Shown piece by piece: positions 36,293 to 46,221 of a stretch of 64,000 nucleotides of DNA. The translations under genes and the position numbers were made by a program. The stretch's first letter is position 1; each line of letters opens with the position of its first letter. The notes beneath the pieces were generated by a model. It worked only from the letters and a program-made list of their open reading frames with translations, searched no databases and was not told the origin of the DNA. Source of the DNA: a virus; the IMG/VR virus record IMGVR_UViG_3300027833_001310, positions 1 through 64,000 of that record; one strand, 5' to 3'.

Positions 36293-37098
36293 TACTTAGG
36301 TTGTTCGCCTTTGTCGTCCATGTTTGCAATAAAGTTGTAGTAGTGTCCCATACCGTGATCCGCTACGCCATCAATAAATTTAAATTGTTTAAGAGCTGAC
36401 CAACGGCCTCTCCATCCATCTTTAAATCTTTGCCATGCTGTTGACTTTCTAATGTTACCATAAGTGTTTATGTATCTTAGGTGTCCTTGGTGTCCATACC
36501 ATAGTCCTGCAAAACTTGGTGGCACACTAGGAACTACATCATTGTTGTTAACATATCTAAAGTAAGGAAAGTCAATTGCTTTTAAGAAATCAACATTACC
36601 AACCCTTGGTTGTCCAAATGTGTACAGTCCGCCTTCTGGCTTAACATCCATAGCAACTAGTACAGCCATTGCTCCACCTAAACTATGTCCACATATCCAA
36701 ACACTCTTAGTATTTTTCTTGTCGTGTTTTGCTAATGCCTTTTTAATATCTGGCATTATCTTTTCATACTCGCCGTAAAAGCCTTGGTGTACTTTTCCTG
36801 CTACCGGGTGAGGCATTCTAAATGTATTCAAGTCTGCTTTCACATCATTTAATGCTGTTGGTTCTGTTCCTCTACATGCAATAAGTACATCAGTCTTGTC
36901 GCTCATGACATAAGCCTGTGCTCCGTCGACGTCGATGTATGTTGGTGGTAGTGGTTTGTTTAAAAACTTTTTAAGTGGTGCTAAATCTGGTATACCATTC
37001 TTTGGTTCAAATAATTGTTCCGGTGGTTGATAACATTGATTAGCGAATAATGCTAGGACCATTCCTTTGTCCTTAGTAGAATATTCTGATAATGCCAT
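36292..37098 (-). CDS. Lipase class 3 (alpha/beta hydrolase)
   Basis: CRGTE, VHQGF, GHSLGGA, YTFGQPRVG, DVVPSVP, DH. Confidence 0.9.
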   Translation of the reverse strand: MALSEYSTKDKGMVLALFANQCYQPPEQLFEPKNGIPDLAPLKKFLNKPLPPTYIDVDGAQAYVMSDKTDVLIACRGTEPTALNDVKADLNTFRMPHPVAGKVHQGFYGEYEKIMPDIKKALAKHDKKNTKSVWICGHSLGGAMAVLVAMDVKPEGGLYTFGQPRVGNVDFLKAIDFPYFRYVNNNDVVPSVPPSFAGLWYGHQGHLRYINTYGNIRKSTAWQRFKDGWRGRWSALKQFKFIDGVADHGMGHYYNFIANMDDKGEQPK

Positions 37099-37134
37099 TT
37101 CGTACTCCTATGTGTTATAGTAGTATTTATCGGT

Positions 37135-38193
37135 CTAGAAGTCGAAATAGTATTCGTAAATGCTTTCGCTATTATTTTCAGCAATGGCTTTCCTATATCT
37201 CTCCGTTAGTTCTTGTGGCAGTTTACCTGCTTTAAATCTAACTGTGCCATCTGTACCTGCTGCACTGCCATCGCTGGATTGATCTTTGCGAGTGTCTCGT
37301 TGTATTTTTCTATGTTCTTGTACCATAGGAGCACGATACTTTAAATCAAATGTATTGTATATGCCTGTTTGCGAAGCAAGATATTTCTTTAATCTTTCGA
37401 ATCCTGTTCCTTTCATTAGTGGGTTAATACCACCGGGCACAATTTCTTCGTATATTGCATATTTTAATTTGTGTGCGTAACTGCTTAGTACGTCAGGGTC
37501 TACTTCGCAGTGTATTTTATATTTTTCAACAATGTCTATGCTTAGTTCCAATGCTTTATATATTATTTCAGGCGTATAGTATAGAATATCTTTTACTATA
37601 TTAAAGTTGCTATCTCTTGCTACAGCATAGTATGCCTGTGTATTTTTCATTATAAATGAACTGTTAAGTCCTGCAATGTCTAGCGGTCCTTCTGCTACGT
37701 CCGAATCTTTAACCATCATAGGAATGTCGCCACCTAACACTACTGTGCCGCCTATGTCTTTAAATGTAGTTTCTAAATAATAAAGATGAACTGCTATTTG
37801 TGGGCTCGGTGTTCCATATTTTTTACCATACTCCATGTGGATATTATTGGAGAAGAAATCATGCAGATCAATTTCTGTAACATTCAATTTAATATTTTGT
37901 TTGTCTGTTAACATACGAGCAGTTACTACATCATCTGTGTTTAGAGGACTGCCTTTCCACGTGGTAAGGTATGTGTGTGCTGTAATAGGCACGTTCATTT
38001 CTTGCAATACTCTAATTGCGAACTGACTATCTACTCCTCCGCTTAGGCATACATGGGCATGTTTAATATGCGACAGTTGTTCTTTTATTAACTCCAGCAA
38101 TGTACGTTCCGTTTCCGGTTTCTTAATAGTAATACTGAGGAACTTTTCCTCTTCGTAATACTGCAATGCTGGTGGGTTTCCAAACTGAATCAT
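37135..38193 (-). CDS. PP-loop (asparagine synthetase-like) adenine nucleotide alpha-hydrolase
   Basis: CLSGGVDSQ PP-loop; KGTGFE near C-terminus. Confidence 0.6.
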   Translation of the reverse strand: MIQFGNPPALQYYEEEKFLSITIKKPETERTLLELIKEQLSHIKHAHVCLSGGVDSQFAIRVLQEMNVPITAHTYLTTWKGSPLNTDDVVTARMLTDKQNIKLNVTEIDLHDFFSNNIHMEYGKKYGTPSPQIAVHLYYLETTFKDIGGTVVLGGDIPMMVKDSDVAEGPLDIAGLNSSFIMKNTQAYYAVARDSNFNIVKDILYYTPEIIYKALELSIDIVEKYKIHCEVDPDVLSSYAHKLKYAIYEEIVPGGINPLMKGTGFERLKKYLASQTGIYNTFDLKYRAPMVQEHRKIQRDTRKDQSSDGSAAGTDGTVRFKAGKLPQELTERYRKAIAENNSESIYEYYFDF

Positions 38194-38288
38194 AAAAGAA
38201 TCCTAACTCCGCTAAAGATGATAAATATACTTAATACATACTTATGGAGCTAAACCGAATAAAAATTCGTTTTTTGGAGCAAAACTAA

Positions 38289-39920
38289 ATGGCAAACTTT
38301 ATCATATCACTAGACTCGTCAACTCACGCAAATGCAGGGGCTGCCGAACTAGCAATTACAAACGCAGGATTAGCAATAACTAAAACTTATTCTTTTCCTT
38401 TAACATATGGCGTATCAGGAACAACTAGTCAAGTCGGAGCACTTGCAGGTGTGTCTGAATACGCAGAAAATGGCACAGCATTAACCAGTACGTTAGATGC
38501 ATTCACTGAGGCAAGCGCCGACCATGAAGACGGCCATTTAGATACTACAGCAATTAACCCGAACTACCAGTACTTTTGGCATCCATTGGATACTACACTA
38601 GGTGCAGGACAAACTATTTACTTAATAGATACAGGTTTCTCAGGTGCTCACCAAGAGTTTGGCGAAGATCCAGATGTAAGCAACTTGCATAGTGCTCCTA
38701 ATGCAACTGGATTTGACGACACTGACGGTCACGGATCTAAGATGGCAGGAATTATATTAGGTAGTGCTATTGGTTGTGCATCAGGTGCAAGTATACAAAA
38801 CGTTAAGATGTTTAACGACAATACTACAGAATTTACAGCAGCCGATGTTGTAGATGCACTAGAGGCAATTTTAGTACACCATACAGCAAACGATGCTAGT
38901 GTAGCAAAGATTGTATTAATGGCATGGTCCATGACTAAGAACGCATTGATTGATGCTAAACTTAACCAAATGTTAGCAGCAAACTTAATGGTAATTGCTT
39001 CAGCTGGTAACGCAGGTAACGGTGTAGACGTTGATACAATTACACCCGGTGGTTTAGATACTATTACAACTGTTGGCGCACATGACCATGTATTTGAAGT
39101 TACAACATTCAGTCAGATGCCAATAATTGATTACGTTGACGATGACGTAACTCCATTCAGAAGAGGCTTAGTACAAAACGCAGCAAAGGTTGATATCTTT
39201 GCAGTAGGTAAAGACGTATGCACAATTGATCCAGATAACGTTGCAAATTACATACCTTCAAGTGGTACTTCGGTATCAGCAGCAATGGTAGCAGGTATTG
39301 CTACACATTACATGAACTTGTATGCAAGTACATCTGCAGAAACTATTAAATCATATATGGTAACACGTGGTAACGAAATGGCACGTTTACCGAGATCAAC
39401 ATCTACTGCTGAAGATTATCAAACTATTCTTAGTTACACAAACTTATCTTACCCTACAGGCAAGACTGCAGAATATAACAAAGTAAGTTTATCTTGTCTA
39501 TCATGTCCAATGACATCAGAAGTAGCATTTACTAGCATACCATCAGGTAGATTGTTAAACGTAGCACACGGTTCAACTACAACTGTTAACATTGGCTTAC
39601 ATGCAGATGTTACTGATGTTGCTGTATTGGACTTCAGTCCTTTATCACCGTGGATGGCTTTTGATGCCGCTACTGGTATTGTTACAATTACTGCAACAAC
39701 TGCTGCAGGATGTGCAGAAAGTTTAGCACCAGGTGTATATCACTTTGCTATTAAAGGTACAATGGCTACTAAAGTTTATGTTGAAGAATATTCAATTGGT
39801 GTATACGGTACTGCTGAATCAGAACTAACTGCATCTACAGAGTATTACTACGATGACGACGAAAGTGAATACGAAGAAGTAATTCAGTACTCTGCATCGA
39901 CACAAAACTTTATCAAATAA
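38289..39920 (+). CDS. Subtilisin-like S8 serine protease with C-terminal Ig-like region
   Basis: YLIDTG, DGHGS, SAGN, SGTSVSA triad motifs. Confidence 0.85.
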   Translation: MANFIISLDSSTHANAGAAELAITNAGLAITKTYSFPLTYGVSGTTSQVGALAGVSEYAENGTALTSTLDAFTEASADHEDGHLDTTAINPNYQYFWHPLDTTLGAGQTIYLIDTGFSGAHQEFGEDPDVSNLHSAPNATGFDDTDGHGSKMAGIILGSAIGCASGASIQNVKMFNDNTTEFTAADVVDALEAILVHHTANDASVAKIVLMAWSMTKNALIDAKLNQMLAANLMVIASAGNAGNGVDVDTITPGGLDTITTVGAHDHVFEVTTFSQMPIIDYVDDDVTPFRRGLVQNAAKVDIFAVGKDVCTIDPDNVANYIPSSGTSVSAAMVAGIATHYMNLYASTSAETIKSYMVTRGNEMARLPRSTSTAEDYQTILSYTNLSYPTGKTAEYNKVSLSCLSCPMTSEVAFTSIPSGRLLNVAHGSTTTVNIGLHADVTDVAVLDFSPLSPWMAFDAATGIVTITATTAAGCAESLAPGVYHFAIKGTMATKVYVEEYSIGVYGTAESELTASTEYYYDDDESEYEEVIQYSASTQNFIK

Positions 39921-39935
39921 GTTATACTTAATTAA

Positions 39936-39969
39936 AAGAAGGTACTAAATACAATTGGTACCTTTTTTT
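39936..39969 (+). terminator. Rho-independent terminator
   Basis: AAGGTAC/GTACCTT stem plus T run; loop contains TAAATA. Confidence 0.55.
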
Positions 39970-40965
39970 ATGACTATAGAAAACTTACGAGTAGACACAA
40001 CAACACACAGTCGCGTTTTTAATCCGTTAAGCGCCGCTGGTCAGTGGCTTTGTTCTACGTTTAAGTTTAGATCTATAGGAGACATAAACATGTCGTATCC
40101 TGTGTTAGTTGAAATAACACAAGACCTCCCTGAACTAAAATCTATTACTATGGATAACGAATACGGCGATGCACTAGAATGGTGCAATTTGAATTCGTTT
40201 GTGCGTGTTATGACTATACAAGGTGTTTACGTTATTGTGAACACTTACGGTATGGCAGATAATAGTGTGGTAAAAAAGATAAAAAGTGCAAGTTGTTTGT
40301 ACAAAGAACAAGATGCTAGTATAAATGTTATCTTTAATATTGACGGTATATACGAACAATGTGGCAAAGTATTCTTAGGTGCAGAATGGCATCGCATCAA
40401 GGAAAACATAATAACTGTAGGCGATAAAGCACACATAAAGTTTTATAAGTTTAAACATAATGCTCATCAGCAACCTGCTATAGAACACTTTTGTAGGGCT
40501 ATAGGTGCAACATTTGAAGTATTAGAAGACCCATTGTTTGGCAACAAATGCTTCAGTGTAATATCCAAGCAAGGTAAATGGTTATACGATATACATCCTG
40601 TTGGTTCTAACCAACCAACACTAGCTCAGACAGCGGTAGGATGGAATGTGTTAAAAACAAAAGTTAGAAACATAAAAGGTACAGCAATTGACGAGTTAGA
40701 TAATTTACCTGTACCAATTAATGCAACAAATTTAGACACAGATGATATTATTAATATTACTATCAAAGGACATGTAATTAAAGGTTCAGGAAGAGCTCAA
40801 ATGTTTAGTTACGCATTGTGCGATGATTGGAACTATGAAGAAATAGATATTAGTAATGAGTATAATTTATCAGTTTTGAATGAACTAGCAAAGTTTGTGA
40901 GGACAGACTTATCTACTATAAATATTTACAGTAATAGTATTACTGATATATTAGAAGTTGTTTAA
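39970..40965 (+). CDS. Hypothetical protein
   Basis: Long ORF; start set at MTIENL. Confidence 0.6.
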   Translation: MTIENLRVDTTTHSRVFNPLSAAGQWLCSTFKFRSIGDINMSYPVLVEITQDLPELKSITMDNEYGDALEWCNLNSFVRVMTIQGVYVIVNTYGMADNSVVKKIKSASCLYKEQDASINVIFNIDGIYEQCGKVFLGAEWHRIKENIITVGDKAHIKFYKFKHNAHQQPAIEHFCRAIGATFEVLEDPLFGNKCFSVISKQGKWLYDIHPVGSNQPTLAQTAVGWNVLKTKVRNIKGTAIDELDNLPVPINATNLDTDDIINITIKGHVIKGSGRAQMFSYALCDDWNYEEIDISNEYNLSVLNELAKFVRTDLSTINIYSNSITDILEVV

Positions 40966-41228
40966 CTTACTTCTACTGTAGAACCACTTTTTACAGTATG
41001 ACCGCAGGTCGCAGTAGTCCCTTCTTTAGCAGGAATACCACCGTCAGCTAATACAGTACCAGCGCCAGCTGAAACTAACGTAGGAGCAATATGAGGTGCT
41101 TTACCGTGTGGGGCAACTTTGTCGCCTATTAGTGAAACTTTTTTATTATCGGCAAATACCGTTGATGCTCCAGGTCCCATTATAATACCCTTTGCTGTAT
41201 CTGCTTTTACTCTTCCTATCTTAGCCAT
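40962..41228 (-). CDS. PAAR-like baseplate spike tip protein
   Basis: TVFAD..GDKVAPH..PH..TVLADGGIPAKEG..ATCGH. Confidence 0.8.
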   Translation of the reverse strand: MAKIGRVKADTAKGIIMGPGASTVFADNKKVSLIGDKVAPHGKAPHIAPTLVSAGAGTVLADGGIPAKEGTTATCGHTVKSGSTVEVS

Positions 41229-41239
41229 ACTATTATTTA

Positions 41240-41404
41240 TCAGTTAATAATTAGACTAGTAAGCAATAATAGTCCAGTAATACTACCTAAAAAGAAAAAT
41301 GCTACAAGTAATGCAAACCAAATAATAGCAATTGGTTTTATTTCAAACTTACCTTCGCTTTTTTTGCCTACGCCTAGAACGGCTTTAATTGCATTTGTAA
41401 TCAA
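41240..41404 (-). CDS. Small membrane protein
   Basis: Hand translation MITNAIKAVLGVGKK...IAIIWFALLVAFFFLG. Confidence 0.5.
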   Translation of the reverse strand: MITNAIKAVLGVGKKSEGKFEIKPIAIIWFALLVAFFFLGSITGLLLLTSLIIN

Positions 41405-41667
41405 AATATAAATTGATTAACTAACATAACTGCTAACATCATACCAAACACTACAACCTGTATGACTGCTGGAATAACCACAAACATTTTCATCACATCG
41501 AAGTCGCCTGTCATAAAAAAGTCACCACCATTCTGCCATTCTGCAACTTCTTCTGGTGTTGCATCTGTAGGTATTTGGTTGTTCAATGAAGGCAGTTCAG
41601 CCTGTGTTAATGAAGTTAATTCGTATACTGAAGGTTTAGGTCTACCCCATGAATCGTTATTTGACAT
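41401..41667 (-). CDS. Small membrane protein
   Basis: GGAG SD before MSNND; C-terminal TM. Confidence 0.6.
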   Translation of the reverse strand: MSNNDSWGRPKPSVYELTSLTQAELPSLNNQIPTDATPEEVAEWQNGGDFFMTGDFDVMKMFVVIPAVIQVVVFGMMLAVMLVNQFIF

Positions 41668-41782
41668 CGCTAGTCTCCAAATGGTATGTAATGCTTGCAT
41701 CACGCAATCCACGTAATATTCCTGCTACACTATCTGTGTTAGCTGCAAAGAGTAATAGCATATAGCACATTACATATTTCAT
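41657..41782 (-). CDS. Tiny hydrophobic protein
   Basis: MKYVMCYMLLLFAANTDSVAG...; coupled to upstream stop. Confidence 0.4.
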   Translation of the reverse strand: MKYVMCYMLLLFAANTDSVAGILRGLRDASITYHLETSDVK

Positions 41783-41892
41783 TATAATGTTGGTGTTAAT
41801 GCAAGTACTGACAAGAAAAATATACTTGACAAAGTGACTATCTCCAAGTCTTCTATTAATCTAGGAATGTTATTGCTATATCGTTTCTTCAT
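41782..41892 (-). CDS. Tiny membrane protein
   Basis: MKKRYSNNIPRLIEDLEIVTLSSIFFLSVLALTPTL. Confidence 0.4.
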   Translation of the reverse strand: MKKRYSNNIPRLIEDLEIVTLSSIFFLSVLALTPTL

Positions 41893-42007
41893 GTTGTACT
41901 GCGGGGGTTAAAAGTTATGTATTAGACATAGTTATATCTAATTATAACGAGTATTTATACAACAATATAAATCAGCAGGGCATATACGGCTGTAATGCCC
42001 TATAATG

Positions 42008-42307
42008 CTATTCTTCTGTTATTTCTGCTTCTTCGATGTTAAGTGCTTCGTAGTCTGCCTTACTCTCATCACTTGCTTTACAGACGCTTAAAATAGCTGA
42101 CAAGGGCATAGTAACCTCTTCGGTCGACCCTGTAAAGATGTAGGGAATTAGTGCTAGATCCGCACCATTGATAACTACTATTTTTGGTTCGCCAACTGTA
42201 AACAATCCTTCGTCTTTGTCAACGCCATACAGTTGTGCAAGTACTTCAATACCGCTAATTAATTTAAGGGTAACAACTTCCCCTGCTAGATCTTCTAAAT
42301 TATACAT
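42008..42307 (-). CDS. Small beta-rich (Sm-like) phage protein
   Basis: TLKLISGIEVLA; AGGAG SD. Confidence 0.65.
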   Translation of the reverse strand: MYNLEDLAGEVVTLKLISGIEVLAQLYGVDKDEGLFTVGEPKIVVINGADLALIPYIFTGSTEEVTMPLSAILSVCKASDESKADYEALNIEEAEITEE

Positions 42308-42316
42308 GTGTGTCTC

Positions 42317-43417
42317 CTAAAGGGTCATTCCCTTAAATGTGTCGTTCGTTACGTCTTGTTTTGTGCCGCCACTAACGTAACTAGTTATCTCTGTTTCTTG
42401 TGGAGCAACTTGTACGTCACTGCCTCCAATCCACTTTTGTGTCCATGGTAACGGATTTGAACCTGCTGTGTAAACTTTCTCTAAGCCGATGTTAGTCATG
42501 CGTTTAGCTGCAATCCACTCTACATACTGCTCTAGTAACTGTGCATTCAAGCCAATAATACTACCGTCTTTAAACAAGTACTTTGCCCATGCTTTTTCTT
42601 GTTCTACTGCATCGATAAACATTTGCTTTGATTCTTCTGCAGTTTCTTCTTTAATTTTAGCAAAGTCTTCATCTTCTTTTGGTAATAATTTTAACATGTG
42701 CTGTGTACTTGCTAAGTGAACATTCTCATCTCTAGCAATTAACTTAATAATTTTTGCATTTCCTTCCATCTTTTTAACTTCAGCAAACGCCCAACTACAT
42801 GCAAAAGATACATAAAAACGTACACCTTCCAAGATGTTTACGCTCATTATGCACTTCCATAATTTTTTCTTGTGCTCGTATAAACTATACTTTGCACTGC
42901 CTTTACGCATTAGATCGTTATACTCGTATAGGTCATTATAACATTGTGTGATACTATCGGCACAATCTGCAATCTCACTAATACTGCTCATCTCATCAAA
43001 AACCTTGCTCGGGTCAGGATATACATTTCTGATAATATGTGTGTAGCTTCTGCTGTGAATAGTTTCACTGAATGCCCAAGTCTCAATCCAGGTTTCTAAT
43101 TCTGGTAGACTAACAATAGGCAAGAACACTAAGTTAGGTGAACGCCCTTGAACACTGTCCAAGAGTATTTGTCTTTTTAAGTTAGATGTAAAGATGTGTT
43201 GCTCATGTGGCTCGAGGTCTTTAAAGTCTTTAGCATCTTTTACGATGTCGACTTCTTCGGGTCTCCAGAAAAAGCCTAACTGCTTGTCAGTGAGCTTTTC
43301 AAATTGACGATACTTGATTGTATCATAACGTTGCATACACACGCCACCGTTAGGGTCTAGAAACATTTTTGCTTCCATGTGGTTATACGCTTTGTTTGTG
43401 TTTAGTACAGATTTCAT
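42317..43417 (-). CDS. nrdB: Ribonucleotide reductase class Ia beta subunit
   Basis: FWRPEEV, LDSVQGR, ETIHSRSY, LEGVRFY, DENVH, VAPQETEI.SY. Confidence 0.97.
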   Translation of the reverse strand: MKSVLNTNKAYNHMEAKMFLDPNGGVCMQRYDTIKYRQFEKLTDKQLGFFWRPEEVDIVKDAKDFKDLEPHEQHIFTSNLKRQILLDSVQGRSPNLVFLPIVSLPELETWIETWAFSETIHSRSYTHIIRNVYPDPSKVFDEMSSISEIADCADSITQCYNDLYEYNDLMRKGSAKYSLYEHKKKLWKCIMSVNILEGVRFYVSFACSWAFAEVKKMEGNAKIIKLIARDENVHLASTQHMLKLLPKEDEDFAKIKEETAEESKQMFIDAVEQEKAWAKYLFKDGSIIGLNAQLLEQYVEWIAAKRMTNIGLEKVYTAGSNPLPWTQKWIGGSDVQVAPQETEITSYVSGGTKQDVTNDTFKGMTL

Positions 43418-45687
43418 ATTTTGCAAGATTCGCAATCCTCATCATCTACTTCAGTAAGTTCTAATGCCTCGGTTGTGTCCAGTTCTCCTTGGCCATCGTT
43501 GGTGTTGTTGTAATACAATTGCTTTCCGCCGTATTTGTAAAACGTAATTATATCTTTGATTAGTACACTCATTGGTACCTTTTCATCTTCAAAGTGCTCT
43601 GGGTTATAACTTGTATTGACACTAATGCCTTGGTCGATGTACTTTTGTAGAACAGCCATTATCTTCAAATAGCCTTCTGGTGACTTCTGATTCCACAGTA
43701 AGTCATACTTATTTTTAAGTCTAGGGTAGCCTGGCACTACTTGTTTAAGTACACCATGCTTACTTTGTTTAACACTGATAAAACTGCGTGGTGGTTCAAT
43801 ACCGTTTGTGCTGTTACTAATCTGTGCTGATGTTTCTGCTGGCATAAGTGCCATTAGTGTTGAGTTACGAATACCTGTTGTTTTAAGTTGCTCACGCAAT
43901 CCTTTCCAATCTTGTCTTTCTTTGTGCTTAACTAATTCATCTACATCTTTCTTATATGTTTGGTTAGGTGTAATTCCTTGTCCGTATTTCGTTTCTACTG
44001 TGCCAGGGCATTCGCCTTTTTCAACTGCTAAGTCTGCACTTGCTTTAATTAAGAAATAACTCCATGCTTCAGCCCATTCATCAACTAACTCTAAGTTAGG
44101 ATTTTGATATGTTGAGTCATTCTTTGCTAACCAATATGCAAAGTTAATAATACCAATACCTAACGGTCTACGTTTCATTGTGCTTAACTGTGCCGCTAGT
44201 ACTGGGTAACTTTGGTAGTCTAAGAGTGCGTCTAAGCCCCTTACAGCAAGATTACATACTCGCTCCATCTGTTTGAAGTCTTTAATAATACCCCAGTTAA
44301 TTGCACTTAAAGTACATAAACTAATCTCACCGTCCGGGTCATTAATGCTAGTTAAAGGCTTTGTAGGTAAGTTAATTTCACAACATAAATTACTCTGCTT
44401 AATCGGTGCAACATCTTCTCTAAATGAACTATGCGTATTAGCATGGTCTACATTCATTAAGTAAATTCTACCTGTGTCCTTACGTTCTGTTGCAAACGCA
44501 GAAAACAAATCCATTGCCTTAATAGACTTCTTCTTAATACGAGTGTTACTTTCTGCACATTCGTATAACTCTTTAAACTTGTCTTGGTCTTGGAAGAATG
44601 TCTCATATAATCCAGGTACATCGTGTGGAGAAAACAATGTAATATCTCCGCCAGTTAGTAGTCTTTCATACATTAGTTTATTAAACTGTACACCGTAGTC
44701 CATGTGTCTTACACGGTTTTCTTCTGTACCTTTATTGTTCTTTAATACCAGCATGTCTTCAATTTCAGCATGCCAAATAGGATAGTATAATGTTGCTGCT
44801 CCGCCTCTTACTCCACCTTGTGAGCATGACTTAACTGCTGATTGGAATAGTTTATAGAAGGGGATAACTCCTGTGTGAGTTGCGTCTCCACTCCTAATAG
44901 GTGAGCCAATTGCTCTAATACTACCTGCACCTATACCAATGCCTGCCTTTTGACTTACATACTTAACAATAGCACTTGTAGTAGCATTAATGCTATCTAA
45001 ACTGTCATCAGTTTCAATAAGCACACAACTACTAAACTGTCGTTGTGGTGTACGCACACCTGCCATTACTGGCGTAGGTAAACTTATTTCAAACGTACTA
45101 ATTGCATCGTAGTATTCTTTAACGTACTGCATTCTTATTTCTTTGTTGTACTTACTAAACAATGTCATACCAATAAGCATATAGCAAACTTGTGGTGTTT
45201 CGAATACTTCACCAGTTGCTCTGTTCTGTACCAAGTACTTGCCACGGAATTGTTCCATAGCCGCATAAGTTAACACTTCATCTCTGTCGTGTTTAATGTA
45301 GTTACTTAGTTCGTCAATCTCATCCTTAGTATATGCTATTAAAATTTCTCTATCGTAGAAGCCTTTCTTAACATTTTTATCTATAATATCACATAAGCAC
45401 GGTGGCATAAACTGCCCATACACTGCTTTACGCAAATGATAGTTAATTAGCCTTCCTGCTACATATTGATAGTTTGGTGTTTCTTCGCTGATTAAATCTG
45501 CGGCACTTTTGATAAGTGTCTCTTGAATATCAGTACTAGTAATCCCAGTGTACAATTGTATCTGACTGTTAATTTCTACTTCACTAGGACTAACGCCTGT
45601 TATGCCATCGCAGGCATATTGTACTACCTTGTGCAACTTATCTATGTTAATGTCTTCGAGTTGCCCAGATCGTTTTTGTACTTGCAT
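43414..45687 (-). CDS. nrdA: Ribonucleotide reductase class Ia alpha subunit
   Basis: ATP cone VQKRSG, QFSSC, SNLCCEI, LYY, C-terminal CESCKI. Confidence 0.97.
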   Translation of the reverse strand: MQVQKRSGQLEDINIDKLHKVVQYACDGITGVSPSEVEINSQIQLYTGITSTDIQETLIKSAADLISEETPNYQYVAGRLINYHLRKAVYGQFMPPCLCDIIDKNVKKGFYDREILIAYTKDEIDELSNYIKHDRDEVLTYAAMEQFRGKYLVQNRATGEVFETPQVCYMLIGMTLFSKYNKEIRMQYVKEYYDAISTFEISLPTPVMAGVRTPQRQFSSCVLIETDDSLDSINATTSAIVKYVSQKAGIGIGAGSIRAIGSPIRSGDATHTGVIPFYKLFQSAVKSCSQGGVRGGAATLYYPIWHAEIEDMLVLKNNKGTEENRVRHMDYGVQFNKLMYERLLTGGDITLFSPHDVPGLYETFFQDQDKFKELYECAESNTRIKKKSIKAMDLFSAFATERKDTGRIYLMNVDHANTHSSFREDVAPIKQSNLCCEINLPTKPLTSINDPDGEISLCTLSAINWGIIKDFKQMERVCNLAVRGLDALLDYQSYPVLAAQLSTMKRRPLGIGIINFAYWLAKNDSTYQNPNLELVDEWAEAWSYFLIKASADLAVEKGECPGTVETKYGQGITPNQTYKKDVDELVKHKERQDWKGLREQLKTTGIRNSTLMALMPAETSAQISNSTNGIEPPRSFISVKQSKHGVLKQVVPGYPRLKNKYDLLWNQKSPEGYLKIMAVLQKYIDQGISVNTSYNPEHFEDEKVPMSVLIKDIITFYKYGGKQLYYNNTNDGQGELDTTEALELTEVDDEDCESCKI

Positions 45688-45747
45688 GTGTTCTTCCGTT
45701 GTCTGTTTGTTTCTAAATTTGTTTAGTGTAGTATTTACCAGAAGCAA

Positions 45748-45776
45748 ATTATACATTAAAACTACGTTAATGTCAA
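45748..45776 (-). promoter_or_regulatory. sigma70-type promoter for nrdAB
   Basis: TTGACA-N17-TATAAT. Confidence 0.85.
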
Positions 45777-46204
45777 CTGAAAAGTGAGGAAGTTTTAATC
45801 TTATGCGAATTAAATCGGGTGCTGTTGTCTATAACGTATTGTAGGCTTACTGTCTCACCTGGTATAAAATTATAAGCCACTTGTTCGTGAATTAGCACCA
45901 GTCCATCGTTTCCATTTATATGATTACTTATCACTTCAAAGTACAATTCATCAGCTGTTATGAATCCTTTGTTAGTTAATGTAGCCGCTAATATGAGGGT
46001 GATTCCGGACTGGCAAAAATAGCCTTCTGATACTATTTCAAACACATTAGGCCAGTCGCTAGGAGTATAGTAATCTATATATCTAGGTATAGGTTTGATG
46101 TCAGCGAATGCTTCTAGTAAAGGTTCTACAGTTAGATATTCTTGCTGTCTAACTGTACGCCAAGCATTCAAACGTTCTGATGGCGTTTGATGTTTGTTGA
46201 ACAT
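45773..46204 (-). CDS. Hypothetical protein
   Basis: 143-aa ORF. Confidence 0.6.
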   Translation of the reverse strand: MFNKHQTPSERLNAWRTVRQQEYLTVEPLLEAFADIKPIPRYIDYYTPSDWPNVFEIVSEGYFCQSGITLILAATLTNKGFITADELYFEVISNHINGNDGLVLIHEQVAYNFIPGETVSLQYVIDNSTRFNSHKIKTSSLFS

Positions 46205-46221
46205 ATATTAAACTTGTAAAA

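Noticed and set aside
37135-39920. Lasso-peptide cluster
   Set aside because: The protease is S8 rather than a transglutaminase-like B protein; no RRE or precursor found
42317-45687. Introns, inteins or homing endonucleases in nrdAB
   Set aside because: Both genes are continuous and of normal length
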